DNA from: an uncultured Syntrophaceae bacterium
GTDB lineage: Bacteria > Desulfobacterota > Syntrophia > Syntrophales > UBA2210
Assembly (NCBI GenBank): GCA_964394725.1
Contig: CAYMYS010000001.1
Span: 1,763-65,762 of the forward strand
DNA: 64,000 nt
Direction: 5' to 3'
Of the stretch, positions 49,501 to 60,230 are shown in pieces (within the stretch, counting starts at the first letter, position 1; each line of letters begins with the position of its first letter). The notes beneath the pieces are model-generated. The model was not told the DNA's origin. It did not search any database and saw only the letters and a list, made by a program, of their open reading frames with translations. The translations under genes and the position numbers were made by a program.

Positions 49501-49564
49501 CTCTTAAACTCCTGAATATTCTATTATATTTCTGTATACCAAATCTTTACATCGGCGGCATCCA

Positions 49565-50893
49565 CTATCGGCGATACTCATTACCCTTCTTTACGGACAC
49601 CCTGCTCATGGGTGACTGGCGCTTATTTTCATCCAGTACCACATCAATAGTCATTTTTGCCCCTTCAATCAAGGCCAGTGCCTTCTTTTCACTGACACCC
49701 TTAATGGTACTAAGCGTTTCAGAATCCACTGAAGCGAGAGAGGTAATGCTTTTTATTCCTTCGCCAAACAACAGTTGGGCGGTCTGTTCGCCGACACCGG
49801 GAATTTTCATGAGGGATTTGTACCCCTCCTCATCCTGCTTTGCCACGAGAGACTCATTTTTGACATCAATCTTCCATCGAGTAAGCCTTGCTGCCAGCCT
49901 GACATTCTGTCCATTTTTGCCGATAGCCAGCGAAAGCTGTTCATCGGGGACGACAACCTCCATGGAACGCGTATCTTCATACATGTATACCCGGTCCACC
50001 TTGGCGGGGGACAGGGCATTGCATACATATCTGACTTGGTCATCGGAATAGGGCACAATATCTATTTTCTCTCCCCGTAATTCCTGGACTACACCCTGCA
50101 CCCTGGACCCTCTCATGCCGACGCAAGCGCCTACGGGATCGATATCCTTGTCCATCGTTTTAACGGCGATCTTTGCCCTGTTACCCGGTTCCCGTGCTAT
50201 GCTTACGATTTCAATCAACCCTTCGGAAATCTCGGGGACTTCAAGTTCAAAGAGTGTCTTCAGAAAGGCCGGGTGAGTTCTGGAGAGCAGTATCTGAGGA
50301 CCCTTTGATATCCTTTTGACATCATATATGTATACCCTTATTCTCTCGCCTCTTTTGAAGGTCTCTCTGTGTATCTGTTCGGAGTGAGGAATCACACCCT
50401 CTGTTCTGCCCAGGTTTACGATGATATTTCCGCTTTCAAATCTCTGGACAAAACCGTTGATTAACTCCCCTTTCCTGTCTTTGTATTCACTGTAAATATT
50501 GTCCCGTTCAGCATCTTTTACCTTCTGGATTATTATCTGCTTTGCCGTTTGAACTGCTATCCTGCCGAAAGTATCCGTCTCTATTTTCATGCCGAGACTG
50601 TCACCCGGTTCTGCATCCGTATCAAGTGTAGCCTGGGCCTCCTCTTGTGAAACCTGGCTGTCGGGATTCAAAACAGTTTCAACCACTGTTCTAAACTGGA
50701 ATATCTCTATCTCATCACTTTCTTCGTTATACTGCGCCTCCAGGTCCAAATCAGAACCCAGTTTCTTTTTTGCAGCAGTCAGAACGGCTGTTTCAAGGGC
50801 ATCTACGATTATCTCCCTGTCTATGCCCTTTTCCTTTACTATCATGTCGATGAGACGTCCAAGCTCTGGTAACATGTCAAACACCCTCCACAT
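49565..50893 (-). CDS. nusA: Transcription termination/antitermination factor NusA
   Basis: S1 and two KH domains plus C-terminal HhH repeats. TAATG overlap with the rimP stop. An alternative start is MLPELGR at 50875. Confidence 0.93.
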   Translation of the reverse strand: MWRVFDMLPELGRLIDMIVKEKGIDREIIVDALETAVLTAAKKKLGSDLDLEAQYNEESDEIEIFQFRTVVETVLNPDSQVSQEEAQATLDTDAEPGDSLGMKIETDTFGRIAVQTAKQIIIQKVKDAERDNIYSEYKDRKGELINGFVQRFESGNIIVNLGRTEGVIPHSEQIHRETFKRGERIRVYIYDVKRISKGPQILLSRTHPAFLKTLFELEVPEISEGLIEIVSIAREPGNRAKIAVKTMDKDIDPVGACVGMRGSRVQGVVQELRGEKIDIVPYSDDQVRYVCNALSPAKVDRVYMYEDTRSMEVVVPDEQLSLAIGKNGQNVRLAARLTRWKIDVKNESLVAKQDEEGYKSLMKIPGVGEQTAQLLFGEGIKSITSLASVDSETLSTIKGVSEKKALALIEGAKMTIDVVLDENKRQSPMSRVSVKKGNEYRR

Positions 50894-51378
50894 TAAAACT
50901 CATATTGAAGATTTGCCTTCACTACTGCTCCTCGCGGTATATGATACATCTTCCCTTCTACATTTAATATGAGCAATTTTGTCCCTTCTTCTTCTAAATA
51001 ATCTATCAGCCTGCCCGTAAAGTTTTTTTTCCCATCAATTTTTTCACCCGTTCGAACCTTTACTTCGCATCCCTTATATTTAACGAAATCCTTGTCCCGG
51101 GCAAGGGGTCTATCCAGACCGGGCGATGACACCTCCAACGTATAAGAACCGGGAGGAATTTCATGCACATCAAGTACATCGCCCACCTGATTGCTGATTT
51201 CGGCACAATCATCAACGGTAATCCCCTCTTCTTTATCGATGAAGAGTCGCACAATCCAGCGGATTTTACCTCTGAGACATTCGACATGGACTAATTCCAT
51301 ATCTTCAGCTTTAATGAGGGGTTCAATCAAATCGGCAATCTGTGCCTGGTATGTAATGTTATAGTCTTTCATATTCAA
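50893..51378 (-). CDS. rimP: Ribosome maturation factor RimP
   Basis: 161 aa. 'MELVHVE..', 'LEVSSPGLDRPL'. No obvious Shine-Dalgarno sequence, so the exact start is uncertain. Confidence 0.85.
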   Translation of the reverse strand: MNMKDYNITYQAQIADLIEPLIKAEDMELVHVECLRGKIRWIVRLFIDKEEGITVDDCAEISNQVGDVLDVHEIPPGSYTLEVSSPGLDRPLARDKDFVKYKGCEVKVRTGEKIDGKKNFTGRLIDYLEEEGTKLLILNVEGKMYHIPRGAVVKANLQYEF

Positions 51379-51379
51379 T

Positions 51380-51409
51380 ATAAAATAAAAAAGTGGGCAG
51401 AGCCCACTT
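51380..51409 (-). terminator. Canonical Rho-independent terminator between tRNA-Gly and rimP
   Basis: Minus strand reads AAGUGGGC-UCU-GCCCACUU followed by UUUUUAUUUUA. The stem is 51391-98 / 51402-09. Confidence 0.8.
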
Positions 51410-51470
51410 AGTCATAAATCAGAAGCCTAACATAACATACTAAAAATAAATATGCAATGAAAAAGTAGAT

Positions 51471-51545
<75 letters not shown>

Positions 51546-51579
51546 ACTTGCGACAAAGTATTAACAAATGACCGCTATG

Positions 51580-52887
51580 TCAAGAAATTTTACTGGATGG
51601 CCGCGTAAGTCGCGCCGTAATCGATTTTCCATGGGCGTCAAGGCCCTCAATCTCTGTAAATCTCTTTACCGATTCGCCATGTTTTCGAAGGGATGCATCG
51701 GAAAAAGAAATGATGCTCGTCCTTTTCACAAAATCATAAACACCAAGGGGGGAAGAAAACCGCGCCGTCCCTCCCGTTGGGAGTATGTGATTGGGGCCTG
51801 CGATATAATCCCCCAGCACTTCGGGAGAGCTGCCTCCAAGGAAGAGGGCTCCTGCATTTTTTACCTTCCCCAGAAGCTCTCTGGGCCTTCTCACCATCAG
51901 CTCCAGATGCTCGGGGGCAAACCTGTTTGCAATAGAAAGGGCCTCATCCATATCTTTTGTCACTATTATGGCGCCATAATCCTCAATGGACCGGGAAGCT
52001 ATGGCGCTCTTTCTCAGGTCTTTTAACTGGGAGTCGACTTCAGCGGCAACATCGAGGGCAAATTCCTTAACTGGTGTCAGCAGAAGAGCGCTCGCCATTT
52101 CGTCATGCTCCGCCTGAGACAAGAGATCTGCGGCAACAACGGAGGCCCTCACCGTACCATCGGAAATAATGACGATTTCACTGGGACCGGCAATCATGTC
52201 TATGCCCACAATCCCATAGACCATTTTTTTTGCCGTCGCTACATAGACATTCCCGGGGCCTACAATCTTATCTACCGCCGTAATGGACGCAGTACCATAG
52301 GCAAGGGCGGCGATTGCCTGGGCACCCCCCACCTTGAATATGCGATGAACGCCACCGATGTTTGCAGCGGCAATGATCAGTGGATTGATCTCCTTTACCT
52401 TGGAGGGCGTAGTCAAAATAATTTCACCCACACCGGCAACCTTGGCCGGGATGGCGCCCATAAGGACCGTCGATGGGTAAGCAGCGAGACCTCCCGGTGC
52501 GTAGATACCGACTCGTTCCAGAGGGCGTATCAACTGGCCCAGTTCGACGCCGTCGTCTTCTACGGTAAACCATGAATTGACGGTCTGTTTCCGGTGAAAT
52601 GCTTCGATACGTCGGGCTGCGAGATCGAGTAAATCACGATCGGCAGTACTGATATTTTGTAAGGCCGATGCTTTTTCCTCTGCCGAGACCTCCACCGACG
52701 TGCCATCGAGGGCAATACCATCAAATTTTTTCGTATATTCAAAGAGGGCAGCATCGCCTCGTTCCGCCACATCCCGCACTATTTTATTGACTGCTTCGGA
52801 AATGAGGGGATCGACCACTGTGCCCCGGTTATGTATCCGGCTCATTTCCGCTTCAAATGACTGATCATCGGTATAAACGATTCTCAT
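51580..52887 (-). CDS. hisD: Histidinol dehydrogenase
   Basis: 435 aa. 'GPGNVYVATAKK', 'AGPSEIVII' and 'SQAEHDE'. Confidence 0.93.
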   Translation of the reverse strand: MRIVYTDDQSFEAEMSRIHNRGTVVDPLISEAVNKIVRDVAERGDAALFEYTKKFDGIALDGTSVEVSAEEKASALQNISTADRDLLDLAARRIEAFHRKQTVNSWFTVEDDGVELGQLIRPLERVGIYAPGGLAAYPSTVLMGAIPAKVAGVGEIILTTPSKVKEINPLIIAAANIGGVHRIFKVGGAQAIAALAYGTASITAVDKIVGPGNVYVATAKKMVYGIVGIDMIAGPSEIVIISDGTVRASVVAADLLSQAEHDEMASALLLTPVKEFALDVAAEVDSQLKDLRKSAIASRSIEDYGAIIVTKDMDEALSIANRFAPEHLELMVRRPRELLGKVKNAGALFLGGSSPEVLGDYIAGPNHILPTGGTARFSSPLGVYDFVKRTSIISFSDASLRKHGESVKRFTEIEGLDAHGKSITARLTRPSSKIS

Positions 52888-52888
52888 C

Positions 52889-54139
52889 CTATTCCTTTAT
52901 CCTTTTTATATTGGCACCAAGAGAAGAGAGTTTTTCTACTATATGTTCATAACCCCTGTCTATATGGTATACGCGGGATATTTCTGTTTTTCCCTCCGCC
53001 GCCAATCCGGCCAGGACAAGAGACGCGGAGGCCCTTAGGTCCGTAGCCATCACCGGCGCCCCCTGGAGATGGGGCACCCCCTTTACGATGGCGCTCTTCC
53101 CCTCAATGGTGATATCGGCCCCCATCCTGAGCAACTCGTTTACATGCATGAATCGATTTTCAAAAACAGTCTCCCTTATGAGGCTGATCCCCTTGCCTAT
53201 CGTCATCAGCGTCATCACCTGGGCCTGAAGATCGGTGGGAAATCCCGGATAGGGGAGCGTCTTCACATCGACGCTTTTTATTTCCTTCGTACCTCTAACC
53301 TGCAATCCACCCTCTACTGAAGAAATGGACAGTCCTGTCTCTTTCAGTTTTGTTATCGGGGCCTCCAGGTAATCCCTGTTGCACCCCAGGAGGGTCAGAT
53401 CGCCCCCCGTAATGGCTGCGGCCATCATATATGTCCCCGTCTCTATTCTGTCGGGAATAACAGTCGCCTCAGCAGGATGGAGACGTTCTACCCCTTCAAT
53501 GGTGATTACGTCCGTTCCGGCACCCGTGACATGGGCGCCCATGAGATTCAATACATCGGCAAGATTTACCACCTCCGGCTCACGCGCCGCATTTTCAAGA
53601 ATGGTAATGCCTTCGGCCAGAACAGCGGCCATCATTATGTTTTCCGTGCCCGTTACCGTCGATATGTCGAAATAGATGGTTGCCCCTTTCAGCCTGCCTG
53701 CCCAGGCCTCCACATACCCATCCTTGAGATCTATCTCAGCCCCCAGTGCATGAAGGGCCTTTAAATGTAAATTTACCGGTCGTGCACCGATGGCGCACCC
53801 CCCCGGAAGGGATACTCTGGCCTTCCCCATTCGGGCCACCAGGGGTCCCAACACCAGGATCGAAGCCCTCATGGTTTTGACCAGATCGTAGGACGCCTCA
53901 CAATTCGTTATTTCGCCTGCATTAATCCTAAGCGTCTCCCGCCCCTCACATTTTACTCCCAGACCAGCGAGAAGCCTTTTTGCCGTCCTGATATCCATGA
54001 GGTCGGGAATATTATGAAAGGTATTCCAACCCTCCGTGAGAAGGGATGATATAATCAGGGGGAGCGCCGCATTTTTGGCGCCGCTTATCTGGACTTCGCC
54101 TGTCAGTCTTTCGCCACCATGTATGACAATCTTATCCAT
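52889..54139 (-). CDS. murA: UDP-N-acetylglucosamine 1-carboxyvinyltransferase
   Basis: 416 aa. '[11 protein letters not shown]' and '[15 protein letters not shown]' (active-site Cys). Confidence 0.95.
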   Translation of the reverse strand: MDKIVIHGGERLTGEVQISGAKNAALPLIISSLLTEGWNTFHNIPDLMDIRTAKRLLAGLGVKCEGRETLRINAGEITNCEASYDLVKTMRASILVLGPLVARMGKARVSLPGGCAIGARPVNLHLKALHALGAEIDLKDGYVEAWAGRLKGATIYFDISTVTGTENIMMAAVLAEGITILENAAREPEVVNLADVLNLMGAHVTGAGTDVITIEGVERLHPAEATVIPDRIETGTYMMAAAITGGDLTLLGCNRDYLEAPITKLKETGLSISSVEGGLQVRGTKEIKSVDVKTLPYPGFPTDLQAQVMTLMTIGKGISLIRETVFENRFMHVNELLRMGADITIEGKSAIVKGVPHLQGAPVMATDLRASASLVLAGLAAEGKTEISRVYHIDRGYEHIVEKLSSLGANIKRIKE

Positions 54140-55000
54140 TTACCACAACTTCCTTCTGGCCATAATAACCCGCTCTATACCCCCATAATCGCGACGACAA
54201 TGGACGCGGTCATAGGCATCCGATTCTCGAAGCATATCTTCTATGGAAACTCTCTGCCCTGCCCCCATTTCCATAACGAGCCATCCACCTCGATTGAGGA
54301 TGTCTTCTGCCCCTCTGATGAGATGGCGGTGAAATTCCGTCCCCTCGGGACCAGAAATCAGCGCTCCAGGAGGCTCATAATCTCTCACTTCGCGAGACAG
54401 TGTATCATATTCACCGTCCGATATATAGGGCGGATTGGAAACAACTATATCAAACTTTCCCGATATAGACTCTAACATATTCCCACAAACAAAGAAAATT
54501 TTCTCCAGGACATTGTGTCTCAGGGCATTCTTTCTCGCGACCTTGACGGCATGTAATGAGCTATCAATCGCCAGTACCGTCAGATTCCGACGCTCATGGG
54601 CAACTGCCACGCTGATAGCCCCTGATCCCGTCCCTACATCGAGCAAGGTGACGCCGTCCTTATCGGCATACTCCGCGGAAATCCTGAGAACCTCTTCAAC
54701 AAGTACTTCCGTATCGGGTCTCGGGATTAACACATTGCTATCCACAGAAAAATCGAGGGACCAGAACTCCTTCCCCCCCACGATATAGGCAACGGGCTCC
54801 CCCCAGGCCCTTCTCGTAACCCAGCTTTTGAAATCCGCGGCCTTTTCATCGGCTACGGGATCACTTCGATTTGTGTATAGAGAAAGACGATCACAGGTGA
54901 GACAGGCAGCCAGGAGAACCTCGGCATCAAGGCGAGGGGTAGAGAGACCGTTGCTTCTTAAAAAAGCCTCGGCGCTGGCAAGAATATAGTGGATCTGCAT
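54140..55000 (-). CDS. prmC: Release factor glutamine N5-methyltransferase
   Basis: 'LDVGTGSGAI' and 'VVSNPPYI'. Directly abuts murA and lies downstream of prfA. Confidence 0.9.
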   Translation of the reverse strand: MQIHYILASAEAFLRSNGLSTPRLDAEVLLAACLTCDRLSLYTNRSDPVADEKAADFKSWVTRRAWGEPVAYIVGGKEFWSLDFSVDSNVLIPRPDTEVLVEEVLRISAEYADKDGVTLLDVGTGSGAISVAVAHERRNLTVLAIDSSLHAVKVARKNALRHNVLEKIFFVCGNMLESISGKFDIVVSNPPYISDGEYDTLSREVRDYEPPGALISGPEGTEFHRHLIRGAEDILNRGGWLVMEMGAGQRVSIEDMLRESDAYDRVHCRRDYGGIERVIMARRKLW

Positions 55001-55044
55001 GGGCCCTTATCCTGTGTGGCAGTAAAGGTTACGATAAGGATCTG

Positions 55045-56115
55045 CTAGAGAGCTGTGCCCTTCAAGGCCTCTGCCTGATAATGAGTTATGAGGGTGTCGA
55101 TGAAAGGCTGTATAGCCCCGTCTAGAATATCTTCCAGATTATAAAGGGTGAGGTTGACTCGGTGATCGGTAACTCGTCCCTGGGGAAAGTTGTATGTGCG
55201 AATCCGTTCACTCCTGTCTCCGCTGCCGACCTGCATCTTCCTGGTTTCAGATATGGATGCATCATGTTCGGCCGTGATCTGATCCAGAAGCCGTGCCCTT
55301 AAGACCTTCAGGGCCTTTGCCCTGTTTTTGTGTTGAGATTTCTCATCCTGGCAGGTTACCACCAATCCCGTCGGAAGGTGGGTAATCCTCACTGCAGAAT
55401 CCGTGGTATTGACGCTTTGACCTCCATGTCCCGTAGACCGGTAGACGTCTATTCTCAGTTCATTGGGATCAATATCGACATCCACCTCTTCGGCTTCGGG
55501 AAGAACGGCCACGGTAACGGCAGAGGTATGTATCCGTCCCTGGGCCTCTGTAACGGGGACCCGCTGTACCCGGTGTACACCGCTTTCATATTTCAGCTTG
55601 CCGTATGCATCCTTCCATTCAATAAGAAGAATAACCTCTTTGAAGCCACCCATACCGCCCGACTGGCTGGTACTGACAACTTCCACCTTCCATCCGCATC
55701 TTTCCGCGTGCCGTGCGTACATGCGATAGAGGTCGCCGGCAAAGAGGGCCGCTTCCTCACCACCCGTTCCGGCCCGTATCTCGAGCAAGGCATTCCTCTC
55801 GTCTTTGGGATCCTTGGGCAGCAGGAGAACCTTCAACTCATCGTTCAAACTTTCCAGTCTCTCCTGAAGCTGGGAAATCTCTTCCTTTACCAGCGCCCGT
55901 AATTCTTCATCCCCTTCTCTCAGAAGTTCTCTATTTTCCTCAAGTTGCAATCTGGTCTTTTCATATTGTCTGTATGTCTCAACAATGTCAGAGATATCGG
56001 AACGCTCTTTGCCGTATTTCTTATACCCGTTATAGTCACCTATAACAGCCGGATCGCTCAGCAGACGTTCCAGTTCCTCATATCTCTTCTCGATTTCTCT
56101 CAGTTTATCTAACAT
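55045..56115 (-). CDS. prfA: Peptide chain release factor 1
   Basis: '[15 protein letters not shown]' (GGQ) and an RF1-type 'PVT' tripeptide region. Confidence 0.94.
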   Translation of the reverse strand: MLDKLREIEKRYEELERLLSDPAVIGDYNGYKKYGKERSDISDIVETYRQYEKTRLQLEENRELLREGDEELRALVKEEISQLQERLESLNDELKVLLLPKDPKDERNALLEIRAGTGGEEAALFAGDLYRMYARHAERCGWKVEVVSTSQSGGMGGFKEVILLIEWKDAYGKLKYESGVHRVQRVPVTEAQGRIHTSAVTVAVLPEAEEVDVDIDPNELRIDVYRSTGHGGQSVNTTDSAVRITHLPTGLVVTCQDEKSQHKNRAKALKVLRARLLDQITAEHDASISETRKMQVGSGDRSERIRTYNFPQGRVTDHRVNLTLYNLEDILDGAIQPFIDTLITHYQAEALKGTAL

Positions 56116-56280
56116 ACTATCTCATATTATGATTTTTGATTACCGGGGGGAATGGGGTAAATCGGGACTTTACGTCTTTTGTAATCACGCCTATACACTG
56201 CCTTAAAAACACCTTTTCACGTGTTCACAGTGCCTGCGAAATCGAAAGGACCGAAAAAGTCATCGCGAATATCCACGATG

Positions 56281-56321
56281 ATTCAGAGAAAGACAGCGAG
56301 GTATTGTTTATTCTCACTGTC
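56281..56321 (-). terminator. Candidate terminator-like hairpin in the rpmE-prfA spacer
   Basis: Minus-strand RNA forms GACAGUGAG, a 12-nt loop, then CUCGCUGUC (9 bp including one G-U pair), followed by UUUCUCU. Confidence 0.3.
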
Positions 56322-56459
56322 CTTTTCAAAACTCGCCCGTCGGGCTCAGCGTAACCCTGCGAAAACACACATCCCAAACCTTCAAGGTCGTGTATGTGTG
56401 AGCACCCTTGTTACGAAAGAACCCGAACGTTTCACCCTCAATCAGGAATGATGATTTTT

Positions 56460-56675
56460 TTACTGTTCCTTATTCCCAATAGCGGCATATTTCCGCTTAA
56501 ATTTCTCTACCCTGCCGGCAGTATCCATAATCTTCTGTTTGCCCGTCATAAAGGGGTGGCACTTGGAACATATTTCAACCTTTATATCCTGCCTGGTAGA
56601 TCTGGTGTTTATAACATTGCCGCATACGCAGGTTACCGTCGTCTCTTTATATTCCGGATGAATACCTTTTTTCAT
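56460..56675 (-). CDS. rpmE: 50S ribosomal protein L31
   Basis: '[20 protein letters not shown]...[12 protein letters not shown]'. Start set at MKKGIHP. The track's ORF runs to 56705. Confidence 0.93.
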   Translation of the reverse strand: MKKGIHPEYKETTVTCVCGNVINTRSTRQDIKVEICSKCHPFMTGKQKIMDTAGRVEKFKRKYAAIGNKEQ

Positions 56676-56703
56676 AGTCTCTACTGTCCTCCTTAGTAAT
56701 AAC

Positions 56704-56726
56704 AAAGGGGCATTATACTCCCCTTT
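56704..56726 (-). promoter_or_regulatory. Hairpin between rho stop and rpmE start (weak terminator/attenuator candidate)
   Basis: AAAGGGG (56704-10) pairs with CCCCTTT (56720-26), a 7-bp stem with a 9-nt loop. On the minus strand it is followed by GUUAUUACUAAGGAGG. Confidence 0.35.
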
Positions 56727-56746
56727 CTTCCTATTTCAAGAAAAAT

Positions 56747-57994
56747 TTACTGATTCATCGAGTCAAGGAACTCTTTGTTAGTGTCAGTTTTTTTCACCTT
56801 ATCAATAATAAACTCCATGGCATCGAGGGGGTTCATCTCCTGCAACAGTCGCCTCAGTATCCATATCCTATTGAGATTCTCTTTCGGAATAAGCAACTCC
56901 TCTTTTCTGGTACCGGAACGCACGAGATCAAAAGCGGGGTAGAGCCTTCTGTCGGCAAGCTTACGATCGAGATGGAGTTCCATATTGCCCGTCCCTTTAA
57001 ATTCTTCAAAAATGACCTCGTCCATCCTGCTCCCCGTGTCGATGAGGGCCGTTGAAATTATTGTCAGACTTCCGCCATTCTCTATGTTTCGCGCAGCGCC
57101 GAAGAACCGCTTCGGTTTATGCAGGGCATTGGAATCAACTCCACCGGACAGAACCTTTCCACTGGGAGGAACAATGGTATTATAGGCCCTGGCAAGCCGT
57201 GTGATACTATCGAGGAGAATAACGACATCCTTGTTATGTTCCACCATTCTCTTTGCCTTTTCAAGCACCATTTCCGTAACCTGAACGTGTCTCGATGCAG
57301 TTTCGTCGAATGTGGAGGATACGACCTCGCCGGATACGCTCCGTTCCATGTCCGTCACTTCTTCCGGACGTTCATCAATGAGGAGAACCATCAAGACCAC
57401 TTCCTTGTGATTGGCCGAAATGCTGTTTGCAATGTCCTTCAGCAGAACAGTCTTCCCTGCTCTGGGCGGAGATACGATCAATCCTCTCTGGCCTTTTCCG
57501 ATAGGGGTAAAGAGATCGATGATCCTCGTCGAATAGTTCTCAGGATCGGATTCTATACACAATCTTTCCTCGGGGTAGAGTGGCGTCAGATTATCAAAGA
57601 GAATCTTGTCTCTCATCGCCTCTGGGGACTCAAAGTTGACAGTATCGACCTTGAGCAGGGCAAAATACTTTTCTCCATTTTTGGGAGGCCGTACCTCACC
57701 GGCGACGGTATCGCCTGTTTTTAATCCGAATCTTCGAATCTGAGAAGGGGACACATAGATGTCATCGGGACAGGGCAGATAATTGTAATCCACGGATCTG
57801 AGAAATCCAAAACCATCAGGCAGGGTTTCCAGTACCCCTTCTCCCGTAATAGCGCCGTTTTTTTCCGCCTGGGACTGTAGGATGGCAAAGATCAGATCCT
57901 GCCTCCTCATTCCGCCGGCACCGGCGACATTCAATTCTTTTGCTAAATCACTGAGCTCAGCAATGGATTGCTTCTTAACTTCTGAGATGTTCAT
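56747..57994 (-). CDS. rho: Transcription termination factor Rho
   Basis: 415 aa. N-terminal RNA-binding domain, Walker A '[11 protein letters not shown]', 'LLIDERPEE'. Confidence 0.96.
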   Translation of the reverse strand: MNISEVKKQSIAELSDLAKELNVAGAGGMRRQDLIFAILQSQAEKNGAITGEGVLETLPDGFGFLRSVDYNYLPCPDDIYVSPSQIRRFGLKTGDTVAGEVRPPKNGEKYFALLKVDTVNFESPEAMRDKILFDNLTPLYPEERLCIESDPENYSTRIIDLFTPIGKGQRGLIVSPPRAGKTVLLKDIANSISANHKEVVLMVLLIDERPEEVTDMERSVSGEVVSSTFDETASRHVQVTEMVLEKAKRMVEHNKDVVILLDSITRLARAYNTIVPPSGKVLSGGVDSNALHKPKRFFGAARNIENGGSLTIISTALIDTGSRMDEVIFEEFKGTGNMELHLDRKLADRRLYPAFDLVRSGTRKEELLIPKENLNRIWILRRLLQEMNPLDAMEFIIDKVKKTDTNKEFLDSMNQ

Positions 57995-58244
57995 ACACGT
58001 TTCCTTTTAATATATTATAAGATATTCTTAGGCGTTATTGACATACTGTTCCATATGGAATTTTAAAGAGGTATATACAAATTGATTTTTAAGGATTTAA
58101 TCCCCTTTATGAAATATGCGGATGTTACATTACCGGCAGCTAACTTGAATTCCTGAAGCTCTTCAGAAGGAAGGATTCAGCATACAGATTTCCAAATTGG
58201 ATAGCACAATATACAAAAGTATCTCTTTTGTCAAGGATTATTAA

Positions 58245-59057
58245 CTATTTCAGCATCAAAAAATTTATCTGCCGTCCCGTATTGCCGCCCTCTCCCCTGT
58301 GAGAAAAAAACTTTTCCCTGTTGCATGATGTACATGTTCCGGCAGACACTATATTGCCCGGCAACAGGCCCGCATCTTCAAGCTGACAACTGTTTGCCAT
58401 GGCCAGATCAAGCATCCATTTTCCTTTTTCATCTCTCCCGCTTAAGAAGTCGGTATTTCCCCTTACTTCCGCCATAAGATTAAAGACCACTTCATCCACC
58501 TCATAACAGCAGGGCCCTATCGAAGGACCAAGAACAGCCATAATATCGGTGGGAGAGGAGGAAAACTTTTTTACAAATATCTCAACGGCCCTTGCTGTAA
58601 TCCCCAGAGCAGTACCCCGCCATCCGGCATGAACGGCACCGATTACGCGCTTTTGCGCATCAACAAGAAAAACAGGGAGACAGTCCGCTGTCTTGACAGC
58701 CAGGGCAAGGCCCGGCCTGTTCGAGATGATGCCGTCATATCCGGGATAACACTGCGAATCGGGAACATCTCCATTAATGACGGCTATTTTATCGCCATGG
58801 ACCTGTTCGACGGTCAAAAAACCTCCACGGGGGATATGAAATGCAGTGGAAAGTATCTCCCGGTTCTGCTCTATATTCCCCTCTTTGTCTCCCACCTGTC
58901 TACTGAAATTAAAGTTCGCGAATGGCTCCTGGCTCACTCCGCCCCACCTGGTACCAAAGGCATGTTCTATGAAATCATACTCTCCGAGAGCAAGCGATTG
59001 CAGAAAGGGAACCTTTTCCTTTTTAGAAAACCTGAATTCTTTTGAAATATGTGTCAC
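58245..59057 (-). CDS. pgeF: Peptidoglycan editing factor PgeF (YfiH/laccase-domain family)
   Basis: 'TADCLPVF', 'HAGWRG' and 'CTSCNREKFFSHR'. Confidence 0.88.
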   Translation of the reverse strand: MTHISKEFRFSKKEKVPFLQSLALGEYDFIEHAFGTRWGGVSQEPFANFNFSRQVGDKEGNIEQNREILSTAFHIPRGGFLTVEQVHGDKIAVINGDVPDSQCYPGYDGIISNRPGLALAVKTADCLPVFLVDAQKRVIGAVHAGWRGTALGITARAVEIFVKKFSSSPTDIMAVLGPSIGPCCYEVDEVVFNLMAEVRGNTDFLSGRDEKGKWMLDLAMANSCQLEDAGLLPGNIVSAGTCTSCNREKFFSHRGEGGNTGRQINFLMLK

Positions 59058-59121
59058 TGTCAGCCTTTACATTTGATATCTGTCGTATGTCCGTTGATGA
59101 ACCGTGGCATAAACGCCGCTA

Positions 59122-60105
59122 TTAGGAAAGAACCGAATTCGTCAGTCGCTCAAGTTCCCTGCACAGGTCAGCCATATCCGCCGGAAGGGGTGAAGTAAAT
59201 TCCATATATGAACCGGCCACAGGGTGGTGAAACCCGATAACAGATGCGTGGAGGGCCTGCCTCTTCATCTTTTGCAGCACGCCCCTCAGGACGGTATCCC
59301 CTATCGTGTTTATCCTCTTCCTTGAATTTCCATAAACATCGTCACCGACTACGGAATATCCCTCAGTATTGAGGTGCACCCGTATCTGATGCGTCCGTCC
59401 CGTCTCTATCTGGACCTCAAGAAGCGTTATCCCACCGAAGCGCCGGGCAACCTTCCATCTGGTCAGTGCCGGTTTCCCGTTCCTGCTCCGGGTAGACATC
59501 TTTTTTCTGTCTTTCGGATGCCTTCCTATGGGCAGTTCGGCAATTCCCTCCTCACCCTTTACGTCCCCATGAACCAGTGTCCGATACACCTTTTTAACTG
59601 TGTGGTTTTTAAATTGACGCGAAAGATCAACATGCGCCTCATCTGTCTTCGCCACAATCATTATACCGGAGGTATTCTTGTCGAGCCGATGGACTATTCC
59701 GGGCCTTTTGACGCCACCGATACCGGATAGATCGTCGCAGTAAAACAGCAAGGCATTAACGAGGGTGCCGCTGTAATTCCCCACAGCAGGATGAACCACC
59801 ATTCCTGCCGATTTGTCAACAAGGAGAATTGAACTGTCTTCATAAACAATGTCAAGGGGAATATCCTCGGGAACAAGTGTGCTCTCTTTCGGCTCAACCT
59901 TCATGGCAACAACAATGTCACCATCCTTCAACCTTGTTGCGGGCTTTGCATGTTTCCCGTTTAACCATACAAGCCCCTCATCAATTATTCTCTTTATCTG
60001 GGAACGTGTTAACAGGTCACGCTTCGAAAGAAAGATATCGAGCCTCGTACCCTCTCCTTCGTCTGTCACCAGAAACTCAATTCTCTCTTCTTCCGGCAAA
60101 TTCAT
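59122..60105 (-). CDS. rluD: RluA-family 23S rRNA pseudouridine synthase (RluD-like) with S4 domain
   Basis: 'HRLDKNTSGIMIVAK' and 'GRTHQIRVH'. N-terminal S4-like 'RLDIFLS'. Confidence 0.88.
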   Translation of the reverse strand: MNLPEEERIEFLVTDEGEGTRLDIFLSKRDLLTRSQIKRIIDEGLVWLNGKHAKPATRLKDGDIVVAMKVEPKESTLVPEDIPLDIVYEDSSILLVDKSAGMVVHPAVGNYSGTLVNALLFYCDDLSGIGGVKRPGIVHRLDKNTSGIMIVAKTDEAHVDLSRQFKNHTVKKVYRTLVHGDVKGEEGIAELPIGRHPKDRKKMSTRSRNGKPALTRWKVARRFGGITLLEVQIETGRTHQIRVHLNTEGYSVVGDDVYGNSRKRINTIGDTVLRGVLQKMKRQALHASVIGFHHPVAGSYMEFTSPLPADMADLCRELERLTNSVLS

Positions 60106-60230
60106 TGTACCTGCTTATAAAGTTGTCTGTGGTCAGTGATATAGTCAGCGAGAAGATGGTGGTAAGTTAGTCACTCTTTTCATGCTGTCAAGGAAAATAC
60201 GATCATACTCTGAATAAAGATCGCACAGAG

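Noticed and set aside
51429-51457. TTGCAT-N17-TATGTT as the rimP-nusA-infB promoter.
   Set aside because: Transcripts would start only about 13 nt before a strong terminator stem, and the match to consensus is moderate. I mention it in a finding but do not annotate it as a feature.
58208-58234. TTGACA-N15-TATATT (minus strand) as the rho promoter with a ~210-nt leader.
   Set aside because: It is plausible, since rho genes often have long leaders. The 15-nt spacer and imperfect -10 leave it too uncertain to list as a feature without transcript-start data.
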